A stretch of 64,000 nucleotides of DNA from contig MU053379.1 of the NCBI GenBank assembly GCA_013239625.1, positions 3,640,866 to 3,704,865 of the forward strand, read 5' to 3'. The notes under the pieces were generated by a model. It made no database searches, was not told where the DNA came from, and saw only the letters and a program-made list of their open reading frames with translations. This stretch comes from Lama guanicoe (lineage: Eukaryota). The first letter of the stretch is position 1. Each line of letters starts with the position of its first letter. Below are positions 62,030-64,000 of the stretch, in pieces. A program made the position numbers and the translations under genes.

Positions 62030-62299
62030 CTGCAGAGCAGGAGTGGAGGATCACTGGAGGCTTTAGATTGGGGAACAGTGCAGTCAAGAGGTGTTTTAGA
62101 GTGAGTCTCTGGTGGTCTCTCACACGGGGGGTCGGGTGCACTGGCAGGGCTGGACGCTGACAGTGCAGAAGAAAAGGCCTCGGTCACCATCAAGCTAGGA
62201 ACCGGCGGGGTTTTTGTGAGTGGTTCCTGTACCAGGTGACCTTCCGGAGAAAGACAGACCCACCCCTCCCACCACGAACTCAGGGTAAGGCCAGTGGAT

Positions 62300-63250
62300 C
62301 ACATATTAAATGTAGAAAATGAAGCTATGGGAGCGCCAGCTGGAAGCACGGGAGGGAGGGAAGGCTTTCCAACGGTGACAAAAGGCCACAAATTAAAAAA
62401 AAAATCAGAGAAATCTGACTGCTAAGAGTCAACATTTTCTACATGAAAAAAAAGTCACCAAAAGACAAGTGAGAAATGAGGAAAAAAACATATTACAGAT
62501 GAAGTGCGAACCTCCCTAATATATGAAAATTTCCTCAAAACTGAGAAAAGGGCTGGCAGCCCAACGGAAAAGCGGGCAAAGACATTTCACAGAAAAAGAG
62601 CCACAGAAGACCTGAAACATGGCAAGACGCTCCAGCCGGTCCACACAAAGAGAAAAGCAAGCTGTAACTGCAACAGCGCCCCGCCTCTCCCCGCACAGCC
62701 TGGCCGAGGAAGTTACCGTCGGGCGTGCGAAATGGGATAACTTCTGTGGAGGGCCATTTGGCAACATTTATCCAAGTTACAGATGTATTTATCCTTGAGC
62801 ACAGAAATTCCACTCCTGGAATTTATCCCACTGAAGCATATCTGCGCGCCCCGAACAGCAAGAGGTTGGACATGAGTAAGAGGCTGAGTCCGTGCTGGTG
62901 CTCGGGCAGCGGGCCGCTGCTCGGCTATTAAAAGAGGGGCTCGAATCCCTTCCTGGGGTGCTGTGGAAAGCTCTCCAGGATGAGTGAGAAACGCAAAGTG
63001 CAGAACAGCGCGCCTGGCACGCTGTCCTTTGTGTAAGAAGCAAGGAGAAAGGCCCTGTGCTCTTGTTTGCAGGAAAGGAAGCAAAAACAGCTGATGCAGG
63101 TGGGTTCCTGTGTGTTCCCGGGGCGGGAGGGCAGGATGTCAGTGAGAATAAGACTCCTCAAAGGGGACTCCTTCGTATCTTTGGGAAACTTGAGTCATGT
63201 GAATGTATTACCCATTAACAAAAAATAAAATGAAATTAAAAAAAAAATGA
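62300..63250 (+). mobile_element. Old L1ME 3' fragment with A tail
   Basis: AAAAGCGGGCAAAGACATTTCACAG..AATTCCACTCCTGGAATTTATCC..A-rich end. Confidence 0.75.
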
Positions 63251-63680
63251 GTGGTCCATAGTCTCAGAGGTCCTCAGGGGAGGGCAGGTCTGTTACTGGT
63301 AGGTGTCGTGGGCAGTCAGGACCCAGGGACCTCACCTTGGAGCCCAGAATGCCAGGGACGTCCTGGACAGGGTGCCTTTGCTTCCGTCTCGGCCCCGGGC
63401 CCTGGAGGTGAGGCTCAAAGCTGCACTTTGTTTTCCAGAGGCTGCTCCCAGCACTGAGATGACCAGGGTGGGGAGGGGAGCCCTGGGAAGGCACACCTCG
63501 ACTCGGAGGGGTTTGTAGAAATGAGGTTCTGTGGTTCTCCTGCGAGAATAGATCGGAGGCCAGCAGGCTGCGGCTTGCAGAAATTCTGCCCTCGTGAACA
63601 AGTCAGCTCGTTTTACAATCAGCAGAGCAAAACGCCTGCCCAGGCAGCTTCCCCTCTGACATTCCCAGCTCCCGGCTCAC

Positions 63681-63741
63681 CTGGCTTCCTCCTGGTTTCT
63701 GCCTGCTTCACTAATTTGAGACCCATGATCACAAGTCTATG
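63681..63741 (-). pseudogene. Fossil exon candidate (61 nt)
   Basis: ttttaatacag|CATAGA..AAGCCAG|gtgagc; one frame is HRLVIMGLKLVKQAETRRKP. Confidence 0.5.
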
Positions 63742-63779
63742 CTGTATTAAAATTGTTCTATGTTCTTCCAGTCATTAAT

Positions 63780-63950
63780 GATGACTATCACACGACAGTC
63801 ATCTATGGAGCCCTTGCTCTGCTGCAGGGACTGTCCTGAGGGACTGACTCCTGGACCTCATTTAAGCCTCCTGACTTCCTTAAGAAATGGGTTCTCTTGT
63901 AACCCCATTTTCCAGATGGAAAAACTGAGGTTCGATGACTTGCCCCCATG
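63780..63950 (-). mobile_element. MIR SINE
   Basis: CCCCATTTTCCAGATGGAAAAACTGAGGTTCG. Confidence 0.75.
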
Positions 63951-64000
63951 ATGACGATGATGGAGCAGGAGTGTCTTCTGTCCACACAGTCTGTGTTCTG

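Larger units (their letters stand above)
25423..63741 (-). pseudogene. Unprocessed multi-exon gene fossil encoding a vWA (VWA3-like) domain plus long low-complexity regions; 5' end probably outside the window
   Basis: About 15 minus-strand segments bounded by pyrimidine-tract AG and GT donors, several with matching phases and protein-like translations, but with stops and frameshifts. Confidence 0.65.

Overview
Mammalian genomic DNA, most likely camelid: the window opens with a tRNA-derived SINE matching the Vic-1 type, including its TAAATAAA..CCTAAT tail. It is GC-rich, repeat-dense (L1, L2, MIR, MaLR/ERV1 solo LTRs, MER3/MER20/MER2 DNA fossils) and has several orphan CpG islands. I find no intact protein-coding gene; the listed ORFs are mostly chance GC-rich frames or L1 remnants. 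The main hidden structure is a decayed multi-exon gene on the minus strand (about 63.7 kb down to about 25.4 kb, possibly 20 kb; the 5' end probably lies beyond the window). It has about 15 exon-like segments with AG/GT boundaries, several phase-compatible junctions, scattered stops and frameshifts, and a joined translation that resembles a VWA3-type von Willebrand A domain. This suggests an unprocessed, possibly unitary, pseudogene. Also notable are local A/T->G/C 'GC peaks' that have turned L1/LTR remnants into CpG islands, several AT-rich enhancer-like blocks in the left 14 kb, and a clean twin-primed L1 insertion. Repeat family names and protein similarity come from memory of consensus sequences, not from searches, and repeat boundaries are approximate.
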